64,000 nucleotides of DNA from Candidatus Algichlamydia australiensis (GCA_033977065.1 JAXCHI010000003.1:544001-608000), one strand, 5' to 3'. Shown: positions 1 through 9,879, counted from the first letter of the stretch. Translations and numbers: made by a program. The notes: generated from the sequence alone by a model not told the origin.

Positions 1-958
1 TATTTTGATGCACGTCTAACCGCTCGCGTAGAAGAGCGCTTTTGATCTCTTCCTCTTTTTCTTTAAAAGCGACGGCCTGTTTTTCTACATGATCCTTCAA
101 GTGAAAAAGGCGCCAAACTCCTTTAGGATTAGCTCGTGACTTCTGATTTTCAGGTAGGCTTACTTCTCCGACATCAAGGGCGGCAAGAACTTGCTTGTGC
201 ATCGGTGAGAGTTTTGTGCTCTCTACAACATAATCGTTTCCAACGCGAATCTTTACGCCTTCAAACTCCTCTCTTACTTTTTCAGCCGCCTCGCTTAGGC
301 CGGTTAGGCCGGCGGAGAGAAGAGAAGAGGCGCGTTTTGCTGCTTCTTCGCACAGTTTCTCATCGCTGCCAGATACAGAAAGAACTTGATAAGTGTAGAG
401 GTCGGAGTTAGGGTTTTTTTCTTTAATAATAGCATAGCTATCTTTAATTTTTTGTGGGCCGACGTCTTGCAACGCTTTTGAGTGGACAAAGTAGCCGGTG
501 AGCTTGCCAACAACCAGCTGCTCGTGAATATGCTCTTTTGCCTCTTCATAAGTGAGGTGGAGTTTGTCAAGATTTGCCATGATATTGGGGCCAAAGCGCT
601 CTTCCATCTCCTCACGCACCTCGCCGTCGCTCACTTCCATCTTTTTTTCTTCAGCTTCTTTTAAGATGAACTGGTTGTTGACCATTTCATCTAAGGTCAC
701 GCGCCAATTGCCCATGTAATACTGGTAGAGAGAGGCTTTAGAGTCAAAAGCTGCAGGCCAGTAGCGGTGGAGGAAGAGATCCATACGCTTGACAACGTCC
801 ATTAAAGAAAAAGTTTTATCAAAAACTTTTACCAACGGACGATTGTTAATGATGATGTGCTGCTCTTCTGCTTTGGGTAGAAAAGAAGAGTAGGGGGCCT
901 CCTCCTCAGCCATGAGGGGAAAGGCTAAAACTAGGATAGGGAGAAATCGTTTCAACAT
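1..958 (-). CDS. Partial (3' end outside window) exported protein, SurA N-terminal/chaperone-like
   Basis: Not in ORF track because it runs off the edge. Hand translation from ATG 958: MLKRFLPILVLAFPLMAEE (signal peptide)...INNRPLVKVFDKTFSLMDVVKRMD...WRVTLDEMVNNQFILKEAEEKKMEVSDGEVREEMEERFG, resembling SurA_N helices. Confidence 0.6.
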   Translation of the reverse strand, partial: MLKRFLPILVLAFPLMAEEEAPYSSFLPKAEEQHIIINNRPLVKVFDKTFSLMDVVKRMDLFLHRYWPAAFDSKASLYQYYMGNWRVTLDEMVNNQFILKEAEEKKMEVSDGEVREEMEERFGPNIMANLDKLHLTYEEAKEHIHEQLVVGKLTGYFVHSKALQDVGPQKIKDSYAIIKEKNPNSDLYTYQVLSVSGSDEKLCEEAAKRASSLLSAGLTGLSEAAEKVREEFEGVKIRVGNDYVVESTKLSPMHKQVLAALDVGEVSLPENQKSRANPKGVWRLFHLKDHVEKQAVAFKEKEEEIKSALLRERLDVHQN

Positions 959-1015
959 ATGATAGAATTTTATGTGGTCTCGTGATAATTTAAAAGGAAA
1001 AAACCACTATCAAAA

Positions 1016-1495
1016 TTGTTTTTTAGACGTTTCGTTGGGGCTATTGGCCGAATTTTAATCAGTGTTGTCTTCATCATCTCAGCCCTAAATAAAGTATTTA
1101 ATTGGGATGAGGTTCTTGAAGGGGTGATCACAAACCTTAATGAGTGGCTCTTTTATGGTGTCTACTATCCCTGGTTGGACCAAGCCTTAGAATTAATGAT
1201 GGATTTTGCTCCACCAATTTTAGCTGTTGTAACAGCGCTTGAGCTAGTAGGAGGCATTTCGCTTCTCCTTGGAATTCGCCCTCGAGTTGGGGCCGGTCTC
1301 ATTATTTTATTTTTGATTCCAACAACGTTTTTCTACCATCCCTTCTGGTTTTTTTATGGAGATGAGCGAGAAGTGCAGCTCATGATGTTTTTAAAAAATT
1401 GTGCAATCATTGGGGGATTGCTTCACGTCACCTCCATTGGCCGTGTGATCAAAAAGTCAGAAATTCTTGATGCGATATCTCGGTCTAATAGTTAG
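1016..1495 (+). CDS. DoxX family membrane protein
   Basis: GRILISVVFIISALNK...ELVGGISLLLG...FLKNCAIIGGLL, a typical DoxX pattern. Confidence 0.85.
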   Translation: MFFRRFVGAIGRILISVVFIISALNKVFNWDEVLEGVITNLNEWLFYGVYYPWLDQALELMMDFAPPILAVVTALELVGGISLLLGIRPRVGAGLIILFLIPTTFFYHPFWFFYGDEREVQLMMFLKNCAIIGGLLHVTSIGRVIKKSEILDAISRSNS

Positions 1496-2951
1496 CTTTT
1501 TTCTTGTTGCGTTTGGGCAGCCCTACTTCAACAAAGGGCTTGCTGTTGTTGGCGCTCTACTTGGTTTTGGGATTTTCTTCCACGCGCTTTTGCAGTTCAA
1601 AAGGCGTTTTTTAGTCGCGTCGCTCTGGTTTACCGCGGTGCAGCTCATTGATCTAATCTGGTTTTGCACGCCAAAATATCATGGTCCAATGATCATTTTG
1701 GTGTGGGTTTTGATCTCTCTTTGGTTGGGAGTGCAGTTTGGCGCGATAAAGTGGTGTTTGCCAAACCAGGGCAAGCCGCAAGTAAAACACGCTCTTGCTG
1801 CGGCCTCTTTTTGCACGCTTACAGAGTTTGCGCGCTATTTTGTTTTTTGCGGGTTCGCCTTTAATCCTGCAGGTCTTCCTTGGACAGCGTCGCTCTACTC
1901 TCTGCAATGCGTCTCTTTTTTTGGAATATTGGGGTTTACATTTTGGACGATTTTTTTGGGAGTCATTTTTGCAGCGGGTAAACGTCACCTTTTTCTTGCA
2001 TCTGCTGCTCTCCCATTTCTACTTGGAGCGCTTCTCTATTACCCAAGGAAGAGAGGAGCAGAGAGGGAAAAGGAGAGTTTGAAAGCTCTTCTTGTACAGA
2101 CAGGGTTGAAACAGGAGCAGAAGATGCCGATGCCAGGCTTTTACTCCTCTTTTATTCCTCCGATTGAGCAGTGGCAACATTTGCTCTCTTTGATTCCAAA
2201 AGATCAGGAATTTGATTTGGTTGTTCTTCCCGAAGCGGCTTTTCCATATGGGGCGCATCAAGTCATTTTCCCCAATCAAGAGACAAATGGTGACTACGCA
2301 AGAGAGTTGAGAAGATTCTTAGGTGCTGATTTGCTCGTTGGTCTAGACGATTCAGATGAAAAAGGAAATCATAATGCAGCTTTCTTTTTTACCGAAAAAG
2401 AGAGAGAGCGTTATGAGAAGCGCGTGCTTGTCCCCCTTGGTGAGTACCTTCCTTTTGCGGGATTGCGGAAGCTCGCAGCAAAATATGGGCTCACACAATT
2501 TTTTACTGAAGGGAGAGAGGCAAAAGTTTTTTATGGCAGAGTTCCTCTCTCTCCAACAATTTGTTATGAAGAGTGCTATCCTCACCTTGTGCGTCAGGGC
2601 CGAAGAAAGGGGGCGGAGCTTTTTGTAAACATCACAAACGATGGGTTCTACCCAGACTCTATTTTGCCCAAGGTCCATTTTGCTCACGGCCTGGTGCGTA
2701 GCGTCGAAAATGGAGTGCCTGTTTTACGCTCGTGCAACACGGGTGTGACGGCAGCAGTTGATAGTCTAGGAAGAGTGCAAGGAAAAATAGAAGGAGAGTG
2801 GGAGAAGCGAGGACTTGTCACCCAAGTTCCCATGTTCACTTATCAAACTCTCTATTCGCGCTTCGGAGATTATCCTCTTCTGTTTTTTTCATTAATAATT
2901 TTGCTATTCTTGCAGTTAAACTCTAAACGAGATAAATTGGATCATTGCTAG
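1470..2951 (+). CDS. lnt: Apolipoprotein N-acyltransferase
   Basis: N-terminal TM helices plus nitrilase fold: LPEAA, YEKRVLVPLGEY, ICYEE, ITNDG, RSCNTGVT; upstream of lpxC as in chlamydiae. Confidence 0.93.
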   Translation: MRYLGLIVSFFLVAFGQPYFNKGLAVVGALLGFGIFFHALLQFKRRFLVASLWFTAVQLIDLIWFCTPKYHGPMIILVWVLISLWLGVQFGAIKWCLPNQGKPQVKHALAAASFCTLTEFARYFVFCGFAFNPAGLPWTASLYSLQCVSFFGILGFTFWTIFLGVIFAAGKRHLFLASAALPFLLGALLYYPRKRGAEREKESLKALLVQTGLKQEQKMPMPGFYSSFIPPIEQWQHLLSLIPKDQEFDLVVLPEAAFPYGAHQVIFPNQETNGDYARELRRFLGADLLVGLDDSDEKGNHNAAFFFTEKERERYEKRVLVPLGEYLPFAGLRKLAAKYGLTQFFTEGREAKVFYGRVPLSPTICYEECYPHLVRQGRRKGAELFVNITNDGFYPDSILPKVHFAHGLVRSVENGVPVLRSCNTGVTAAVDSLGRVQGKIEGEWEKRGLVTQVPMFTYQTLYSRFGDYPLLFFSLIILLFLQLNSKRDKLDHC

Positions 2952-2988
2952 TAATCGAGGTTTCTAGTACAAGGAAAATAACATAAAT

Positions 2989-3915
2989 TTGTATTTGGAG
3001 TCGTCTTTGTCGACCACAACATCCACATCTACGGCTTCTACAAAGACGCCAATCTCTTCTTCTGCAAAAAAGCAGAGAACTTTAAAAAACTACATCACCT
3101 TCGACGGAGTTGGCCTCTTCACAGGCTGCAAATCAGAAGTAACCTTTTGTCCTGCGCCTGCTGGAAGTGGAATCAACTTTATTCGAGTGGACCTACCGGG
3201 CAAGCCGGTTGTGCCAGCATCTGTTGAATATGTTTGCTCCACACCGCGCTGCACTATCTTAGGAAAAGATGATGTCATTGTGCAGAGTGTAGAGCATCTA
3301 ATGGCAGCACTTAAGGCATACGAGATTGACAACCTCAACATCGAGCTTAACGCGCCTGAAATTCCTGCAGGGGATGGGAGCTTTCAATATTTTCTTGAAA
3401 AGATCGAAAAGTGCGGTATTGCAATGCTCTCTGAGTCCAAGCAGATCTATCATCTATCTACACCAATTTTTTGGTCACGCGATGAAGTCCATTTAGTTGC
3501 TCTTCCCTCAGATGATTTTCGAATCAGTTACACTTTGAGTTATCCCAATTCAGAACTTTTAAAAGCGCAGTTTTTTACGACAGAGATCAACCCGGAAGCT
3601 TTTAAAAAGGAGATCGCTCCTTCTCGCACCTTCGCTCTTTATGAGGAGATTGTTCCGCTGATTGAGCAGGGAAATATTAAAGGGGGAACTCTTGAAAATG
3701 GAATCATTATTAAAGGCGATTCTGTTCTCAACCCTGAAGGGTATCGTTTTCCCAACGAACCAGTTCGCCATAAATTAGGAGATCTGGTTGGAGATATCTC
3801 CTTGACACAGCACACCATCTTGATGCACATTATAGCTCTGCGATCAGGTCATTCGTCCAATGTGGCATTGGCTAGAGAGCTTTTGGATCATATCAAGATG
3901 GAGTACTCCCTATGA
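2989..3915 (+). CDS. lpxC: UDP-3-O-acyl-N-acetylglucosamine deacetylase
   Basis: QRTL...GVGLFTG, SVEHLMAAL, EIAPSRTF, NEPVRHK, SGH motifs. Confidence 0.95.
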   Translation: MYLESSLSTTTSTSTASTKTPISSSAKKQRTLKNYITFDGVGLFTGCKSEVTFCPAPAGSGINFIRVDLPGKPVVPASVEYVCSTPRCTILGKDDVIVQSVEHLMAALKAYEIDNLNIELNAPEIPAGDGSFQYFLEKIEKCGIAMLSESKQIYHLSTPIFWSRDEVHLVALPSDDFRISYTLSYPNSELLKAQFFTTEINPEAFKKEIAPSRTFALYEEIVPLIEQGNIKGGTLENGIIIKGDSVLNPEGYRFPNEPVRHKLGDLVGDISLTQHTILMHIIALRSGHSSNVALARELLDHIKMEYSL

Positions 3916-4358
3916 AAGAACCTCTCGATATAAAGAGGATCATGGAGGTTTTACCTCACCGTTACCCGTTTCTACTTGTGGATCGCATCAAAGAGATTGA
4001 TGTCGATGCAGGCACAATTGTCGGAGAGAAATGCGTCTCAATGAACGAACTTTTTTTCCAAGGTCATTTTCCCAATAATCCTGTGATGCCGGGTGTTCTC
4101 ATTATCGAAGCCTTAGCGCAAACCGGGGGAGTGCTCATTCACTATAAAGGCTATACTGAACATCTTGCACTTTTACTCAATGTGAATAATGCAAAATTTC
4201 GAAAGCCTGTAGTTCCAGGCGATCTGCTTACCCTCCACGCAGAAGAGGTGCATTTTAGTGCGCGTGCAGGAAAGATTTCAGCTAAAGCGATGGTTGGAGA
4301 GAGCGTGGCCGCGCAAGCGGAGATTGGCTTTGCACTGATTAAAAAGGAGCAAGAGTAG
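3912..4358 (+). CDS. fabZ: 3-hydroxyacyl-ACP dehydratase
   Basis: LPHRYPFLLVDRI, FFQGHFP, PGVLIIEALAQ. Confidence 0.97.
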   Translation: MKEPLDIKRIMEVLPHRYPFLLVDRIKEIDVDAGTIVGEKCVSMNELFFQGHFPNNPVMPGVLIIEALAQTGGVLIHYKGYTEHLALLLNVNNAKFRKPVVPGDLLTLHAEEVHFSARAGKISAKAMVGESVAAQAEIGFALIKKEQE

Positions 4359-4362
4359 AAGC

Positions 4363-5193
4363 ATGATTGATCCCACAGCAATTATTGAAAAGGGCGCAGA
4401 GCTTGCAGAAGGCGTCACTATCGAGCCTTATGCTGTGATCAAAAAAAATGTGAAGCTTGAAAAAGGCGTTACCATCCGTGCGCACGCTTATATTGATGGC
4501 CACACAACAATTGGAGAGAATACGGTTATCTATCCAAGTGCTTGCATTGGATTAAAAACCCAAGCGCGCAAGTTTGCAGGAGAGACAACTTACGTGAAAA
4601 TTGGTAAGAACTGTGAGATCCGCGAATTTGTTACTGTAAATGCCTCCTTTGATGAGGGATCAACAGTCACAATTGGAGATAATTGTCTCATTATGGCCTA
4701 CTGCCACATCGCGCATCATTGCACACTTGGTAACAATATCACGATGGCAAACAGCGCAATGCTTGCAGGACACGTCACGATTGAAGATCATGCGATTATT
4801 GGGGGAATGACTCCTGTGCACCAATTTTCACGCATAGGCGCCTATGCTATGGTAGGAGGATTTTCTCGCGTTTCTCACGACGTGCCTCCCTATACACTTG
4901 GATCGGGGATTCCCTATCGCTTAGGGGGCCTCAACATCATCGGATTGAAGCGCAACCAATTTTCTGTTGAGACGCGTCGCGCCCTTACCAAAGCTTTTCT
5001 TCTAACCTACCGCCGCGGGCTTACGCTTCCTGAAGCGATCGCCCAGATTGAAGAAGAGCAGCCATCCGATCCTCATGTTTTACACTGGCTTGATTTTTGC
5101 AAAACAACCAAGCGCGGCATCATTGGGTTGGAGGGAGTCACACGTATGCGTCCTGAAGACCTAGAGAATGACAAAGAACTCCTAGAAGTGTAA
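4363..5193 (+). CDS. lpxA: UDP-N-acetylglucosamine O-acyltransferase
   Basis: Hexapeptide repeats, IREFVT, HIAH, HQF motifs; lpxC-fabZ-lpxA order. Confidence 0.96.
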   Translation: MIDPTAIIEKGAELAEGVTIEPYAVIKKNVKLEKGVTIRAHAYIDGHTTIGENTVIYPSACIGLKTQARKFAGETTYVKIGKNCEIREFVTVNASFDEGSTVTIGDNCLIMAYCHIAHHCTLGNNITMANSAMLAGHVTIEDHAIIGGMTPVHQFSRIGAYAMVGGFSRVSHDVPPYTLGSGIPYRLGGLNIIGLKRNQFSVETRRALTKAFLLTYRRGLTLPEAIAQIEEEQPSDPHVLHWLDFCKTTKRGIIGLEGVTRMRPEDLENDKELLEV

Positions 5194-5205
5194 AATAGAG
5201 CGCTT

Positions 5206-6138
5206 ATGCGTATCGTATTTTTTGGAACCCCGCCCGTAGCGGCAAGAATTCTCGCTTCATTATTTGAAACAGAGCATGAAATCGTTGCCGTCATCTCTCG
5301 ACCCGATAAACCAAAGGGACGCTCTAAAAAACTTTTGCCTACTCCTGTCAAGCAGTACATTGAAGAGAATCATCCTGAAGTCCCCCTGTATCAGCCAGCA
5401 AAAGTCTCATCGGATGAGAGTGTCTCCCTTATTCGTTCTTATGAACCCGACCTTTTTGTCGTTGTTGCCTACGGCGCTATCCTAAAACAAACTTTACTTG
5501 ATGTGCCTAAACTTCTTCCCATCAATATCCACTTCTCTCTTCTCCCAAAATATCGTGGAGCAGCCCCCATGCAGCGCTCCATAATGGAAGGAGAGAAAGA
5601 GACAGGTGTCACATTCATGGCGATGGACGCTGGAATGGATACAGGTGATATTTTGCAGGTTGAAAAAATTCCTTTAACTCAAAATCAAACATTACAAGAG
5701 CTTGAAGATTCGCTTACCGATCTATCAATTAAAACATTTCCTTTGTTTTTAAAAAATTTAGAAGAAGGAAAAGTTCAACGACAAAAACAAAATTCAAATT
5801 TAGCAACACACGCAGAAAAAATTTCAAAAGAAGATTGTAAAATTGATTTTACTGGCTCAGCACAATCCATTCACAACCAAATTCGGGGTCTAAGTCCCTT
5901 TCCGGGTGCTTATACATTTGTTGAAATTAATGGTAAACAGCTACGCTTAAAGATTTTACGCAGCAGAGTCTCTGAGCAGTCTGGTGCTCCTTCTCAAATA
6001 CTTTCCTACACCCCTGAGGAGTGGATTGTGGGTTGTGGAATGCAAAGTTTGCAAATTTTAGAAGCGCAGCTGGAAGGAAAAAAAACTTTAAAAACACGCG
6101 ACTTTGTTCGTGGAACTTCTTCCTTAATATTCCTTTAA
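5206..6138 (+). CDS. fmt: Methionyl-tRNA formyltransferase
   Basis: MRIVFFGTP, PDKPKGR, NIHFSLLPKYRGAAP, MDTGD. Confidence 0.97.
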   Translation: MRIVFFGTPPVAARILASLFETEHEIVAVISRPDKPKGRSKKLLPTPVKQYIEENHPEVPLYQPAKVSSDESVSLIRSYEPDLFVVVAYGAILKQTLLDVPKLLPINIHFSLLPKYRGAAPMQRSIMEGEKETGVTFMAMDAGMDTGDILQVEKIPLTQNQTLQELEDSLTDLSIKTFPLFLKNLEEGKVQRQKQNSNLATHAEKISKEDCKIDFTGSAQSIHNQIRGLSPFPGAYTFVEINGKQLRLKILRSRVSEQSGAPSQILSYTPEEWIVGCGMQSLQILEAQLEGKKTLKTRDFVRGTSSLIFL

Positions 6139-6183
6139 CAATAATTTTCAATCCTCTATAATGTCTGTAAAAAATTATGAGGT

Positions 6184-6972
6184 TTGGGTGTGACGCTATC
6201 TGCAATTTGTTATAATCTTGGAAGTTTTGCCGGCCATATATCTAACTATGTAGGCCCTTTTAGAAGGGATATGGTGAGAATAATCGGTCTTGCGGGCAAG
6301 TGGGCTGAATATGCTGAAACTGGGGATCCAAAAAATTCTAGTCTTGTTAAAAGAGCTAGTCGGGTAGCTAACACGATGGCTATTGGAGAGCTGTTGGCTT
6401 ATATCGCTACGCTAGGTAAAGACCTTAGCCCAGATTGGGATGCAGAAAAGCGGGAGTATAACTGGAGTTTGAGTGCCGAAACCCTCTTGTTTGATGCGGG
6501 CTGTTTCTTCGAGGCTCTTCCCCGTGCTTTTTCAGGAGTGAACTGGCTCCTTGGAAAGGGGTGGAAGATTCCTGGTGGTAAGACTGTGGGAATTGCCGAA
6601 GATGTTGGGGGGCTAGCATTTGCCACAATTTACGGTATACGAGCCTACCGTCAATTTAACAAACCTGAGAAAAGTATTGAGAAAGATGTGTCAGATCTTA
6701 CTAAGAAATTAGGAAAGCAATCTGGTGACACTGTTCATATACTAGTGGATAAAGATCACAAGCAGAAATTAACATCCGCAAGAAAGCTAAAGGCTATTGC
6801 TGGGCTCTTTTTCTCAGGAGCGCTTATTGCTGGGTATGGGCTTTCCCTGCTTACTACATTTAAATTTATCAAACCAGGTATCGAGCCTAAGTTGTGCTCA
6901 TTAGCAAGATCAGCGGTAATTCTGTTTGCAGATCAGCTTAGAAAGTATAATCAACAGTTTGAATTCAAATAG
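6184..6972 (+). CDS. Hypothetical protein with hydrophobic segments (orphan between fmt and rplC)
   Basis: 262-aa ORF; TATAAT and GAGG upstream; start TTG 6184 or GTG 6190; no recognisable family. Confidence 0.7.
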   Translation: MGVTLSAICYNLGSFAGHISNYVGPFRRDMVRIIGLAGKWAEYAETGDPKNSSLVKRASRVANTMAIGELLAYIATLGKDLSPDWDAEKREYNWSLSAETLLFDAGCFFEALPRAFSGVNWLLGKGWKIPGGKTVGIAEDVGGLAFATIYGIRAYRQFNKPEKSIEKDVSDLTKKLGKQSGDTVHILVDKDHKQKLTSARKLKAIAGLFFSGALIAGYGLSLLTTFKFIKPGIEPKLCSLARSAVILFADQLRKYNQQFEFK

Positions 6973-6982
6973 GAGAAGAATT

Positions 6983-7837
6983 TTGGCGGAAGCAATTGAA
7001 CAAAGAAATATTTTTGAAAAAAGTCTTGATCTGTGTGAAGCTACGGTAGGAGGGTCTAATCCACACAGTAAGTTAGCGAATTTAGTACAAAAGTCAGCAA
7101 TATCTGCAAACTATCTTGGATTCGATCCCGATGGGGCAACTTCTGCGTTTTTAAATGTTAGCTCAATGGCTAAAGTATTTATGTCGCCCTTTCTTTCGGC
7201 ACGACATGTAGCTCTTTTTTGTAAGGAGATTTTTGCGTTTCTTAAAGTTGCTGGGGAATATTTTTCTGGAGAAACAGTCACAGGCGAGGATGGAGTCAAG
7301 CGTAAAAAACACACTTTTGAGTCACTTGTCATAGGTAAGAGTAGAGAGACTCTCACAGCAAAAAAGGTGATTAATGTTGCAGGTAAATTAACTCCAGTAA
7401 AAGACGCTTACAATGAACATCAGTCGCTTATGTCTATTGTTCTTCGTCTATCAAAGTGTATGCAAAAGCTGCAGGATTTTGCAGGCATAGTGTATTACTC
7501 AAACATGTCAGGTGGCCCTTTTGTCTCAAATGCTGCTTTGGGTAAGTTCAATAAAGCGAAGTCCATTTCTCAGGTATTCGAATATACAATCGGACTATAT
7601 TGGGATCGAAAGATGATTAGAGATGGCCATAAAGAGGCGAGTTATTTTGATGCAGCTGGTAGCTTCTCTGCCGTTGCAGCTAGTGGGGTCTCTTCGTTTA
7701 GCTTTATCTTCTTAGATAAAAAGAGTAGTCTGGCGAATAAGCTCCAAGGGGCTGTCTGCTTTTTTGCTGTTATGGCGGCGGTAATCCCATTTGCAAAAGA
7801 CTTTTGGAATATGGACAATCCTCCCAAAAAGAAGTGA
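6983..7837 (+). CDS. Hypothetical protein with C-terminal hydrophobic hairpin
   Basis: AGGAG at 6971-6975 places the start at TTG 6983 (track begins at 6926); two hydrophobic segments near the C-terminus. Confidence 0.7.
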   Translation: MAEAIEQRNIFEKSLDLCEATVGGSNPHSKLANLVQKSAISANYLGFDPDGATSAFLNVSSMAKVFMSPFLSARHVALFCKEIFAFLKVAGEYFSGETVTGEDGVKRKKHTFESLVIGKSRETLTAKKVINVAGKLTPVKDAYNEHQSLMSIVLRLSKCMQKLQDFAGIVYYSNMSGGPFVSNAALGKFNKAKSISQVFEYTIGLYWDRKMIRDGHKEASYFDAAGSFSAVAASGVSSFSFIFLDKKSSLANKLQGAVCFFAVMAAVIPFAKDFWNMDNPPKKK

Positions 7838-7977
7838 GCAAAAATCCACTAAAACAGTATGAGTGGTGGATCGTAATGATTCTCTTAGGGACAATGACCG
7901 CAATTGCGGTCATTTCTTTTTTGTCCTCAAAGGCTTACAAAATAAAAATCACAGAGATTGCTGGACCTGAAAGTTAA
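7834..7977 (+). CDS. Putative 47-aa single-pass membrane protein
   Basis: GTGA overlap with the upstream stop; MSKNPLKQYEWWIVMILLGTMTAIAVISFLSSKAYKIKITEIAGPES; below the ORF-track cutoff. Confidence 0.45.
   Translation: MSKNPLKQYEWWIVMILLGTMTAIAVISFLSSKAYKIKITEIAGPES
7893..7923 (+). terminator. Possible intrinsic terminator
   Basis: Perfect 22-bp palindrome AATGACCGCAATTGCGGTCATT (7893-7914) followed by a T-rich tract; lies inside the putative small ORF. Confidence 0.45.
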
Positions 7978-7990
7978 GGCGTGCTATAGT
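7962..7990 (+). promoter_or_regulatory. Sigma66/sigma70-type promoter of the ribosomal protein operon
   Basis: TGGACC-17 nt-TATAGT with extended TG, ~250 nt upstream of rplC. Confidence 0.5.
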
Positions 7991-8240
7991 GGTCGTTCCG
8001 AAGGGTGTAACGAGCCCTTTCTCACGGCAGAAAATTTGGAAAGAAGAAAAATACAAAATTTCTTTCGTCTATTTTTTTAAAACAAAATTTTAATTTAACT
8101 CAGGCAAGTTAGTTTGGCGAAGTTTATCCCGATTGCTTGTCTAAAATTGTGTAAGTTGTTATGCTTTCGCAATAGGCTCTCGATAAGAGCAGTAGAAAAC
8201 ACCGACCGCGAAAGCTGGTTCGTTTTGAATAGAGGCAAAT

Positions 8241-8912
8241 ATGACCTTCATAAAAGGTAGAAAAAGTTTTAAGTTGTTAGGCCGCAAATTGGGCATGACA
8301 AAAGTGTTTGATGAGACAGGTGGTCTCATTCCATGCACTGTTATCCGCATTGAGCCCAATGTTGTGATCCAAAAGAAAGAGAAAGCAAGCGATGGATACG
8401 ACGCTGTTCAAGTTGGCGCATTTTCGCTAAATAAGTCTCAAAAAAAGAATATGGCAAAACCTGTTGCCGGACATTTCGCTGCTGCTAAGCAGGAGCAAAA
8501 AAAACTTTTAAAAGAGTTTCACGTAGAAGACCTTTCTCAATACGAAGTCGGCCAAGAGCTCTCTGTCGCTCTTTTTCAAGATGTGACACATGTTGATGTT
8601 GTGGGCACGTCTAAAGGTAAAGGTTTCCAGGGAGTAATGAAGCGTCACGGATTTAAAGGTGGACGCGCTTCTCACGGTTCAGGAAATCACCGTGAGATGG
8701 GATCTACTGGTATGTGCTCTTATCCTGGTCGCACTTTCAAAAAGAAGAAGATGCCTGGCCACATGGGTGATGTGCGCGTTACAATGGAAGGCTTAAAAGT
8801 TGTCAAGTGTGACGAGGAGCGCGGCTTGCTAATTGTAAAAGGGGCTGTTCCTGGATCAAATGGTGGCACTGTCTACGTTCGTAAGGCTCTGAAGAGGTAC
8901 AACAATGGCTAA
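8241..8912 (+). CDS. rplC: 50S ribosomal protein L3
   Basis: LGRKLGMT, GYDAVQVG, SKGKGFQGVMKRH, KMPGHMG. Confidence 0.98.
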   Translation: MTFIKGRKSFKLLGRKLGMTKVFDETGGLIPCTVIRIEPNVVIQKKEKASDGYDAVQVGAFSLNKSQKKNMAKPVAGHFAAAKQEQKKLLKEFHVEDLSQYEVGQELSVALFQDVTHVDVVGTSKGKGFQGVMKRHGFKGGRASHGSGNHREMGSTGMCSYPGRTFKKKKMPGHMGDVRVTMEGLKVVKCDEERGLLIVKGAVPGSNGGTVYVRKALKRYNNG

Positions 8913-9546
8913 TCTAAAAAAATACGATATTGATGGAAAAGAGGTAGGAGAGGTTGAAGTTAAGGACGCACTTCTCGAGACAGCCCTCTCTTCACAGACA
9001 ATCAAAAACTATCTTGTTGCTCTACGCAACAACACTAGACAGTGGTCTGCAAACACTAAAGGCAAAGCGGAAGTTAAGCACTCAAATGCAAAGCCTCGCC
9101 CTCAAAAGGGGACAGGTAATGCGCGTCAAGGTAGCTTAGCCTCCCCGCAATTTCGTGGTGGTGGAATTGTTCACGGTCCAAAGCCAAAAAAAGAGCTGCA
9201 ATTCAAAGTCAATCGTAAAGAGAAGAAAGCGGTCATTCGCGCTCTTCTTGCAGAAAAGGTCAAAGAGGGAAAGATCCGCCTTCTTGTAACAGAAGAGATC
9301 AAGACTCCAAAAACCAAACCAATGGTTGACTTCATGAGAGCTCTCCAAATTCACGGAAAACGCTCTCTATTTTTAACAGGAACGGAAGGGAAAAACTTTC
9401 CTCTAAGTATCCGCAATATTCCTAGAACTGAGTTCACTCCAGTTGGAGCTCTGAATGGACACGACGTAGCACTCTCGCAAGAGATCGTTGTCACAGAATC
9501 AGCTTTGGATGGTCTACTACGAGCATTGGGAGGCGACAATGAGTAA
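8905..9546 (+). CDS. rplD: 50S ribosomal protein L4
   Basis: KPRPQKGTGNARQGS, FRGGGIVHGPKP. Confidence 0.98.
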   Translation: MANLKKYDIDGKEVGEVEVKDALLETALSSQTIKNYLVALRNNTRQWSANTKGKAEVKHSNAKPRPQKGTGNARQGSLASPQFRGGGIVHGPKPKKELQFKVNRKEKKAVIRALLAEKVKEGKIRLLVTEEIKTPKTKPMVDFMRALQIHGKRSLFLTGTEGKNFPLSIRNIPRTEFTPVGALNGHDVALSQEIVVTESALDGLLRALGGDNE

Positions 9547-9877
9547 AAGAGATCCTTATCAAATTATTAAATCACGTTACATCACTGAAAAAGCAACTAT
9601 CCTAGAAGGTCTAGAAAAAGCAGAGAGCAACCCTTCAACAAAGCGTTGCAATCAGCCTAAAGTTGTTTTCCATGTTGATGTTAACGCAAATAAACAAGAA
9701 ATTCGAAGAGCGGTCGAAGAGATCTATCGCGAAGAAGGCGTCAAAGTAACGGATGTAAATACAATTCTTTTGAAGCCAAAAGCAAAGCGTGTTCGAGGTA
9801 GACCTGGAAAGACGATTCGAAAGAAAAAAGCTATTGTCACTCTTAGAGCGGGAGATCGCATCGGAGGAAGGAACTAA
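9539..9877 (+). CDS. rplW: 50S ribosomal protein L23
   Basis: [26 protein letters not shown] 9539 after GGAGG. Confidence 0.97.
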   Translation: MSKRDPYQIIKSRYITEKATILEGLEKAESNPSTKRCNQPKVVFHVDVNANKQEIRRAVEEIYREEGVKVTDVNTILLKPKAKRVRGRPGKTIRKKKAIVTLRAGDRIGGRN

Positions 9878-9879
9878 CA

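Noticed and set aside
136..664. Three short track ORFs
   Set aside because: Shadows of the edge-truncated minus-strand gene 1..958
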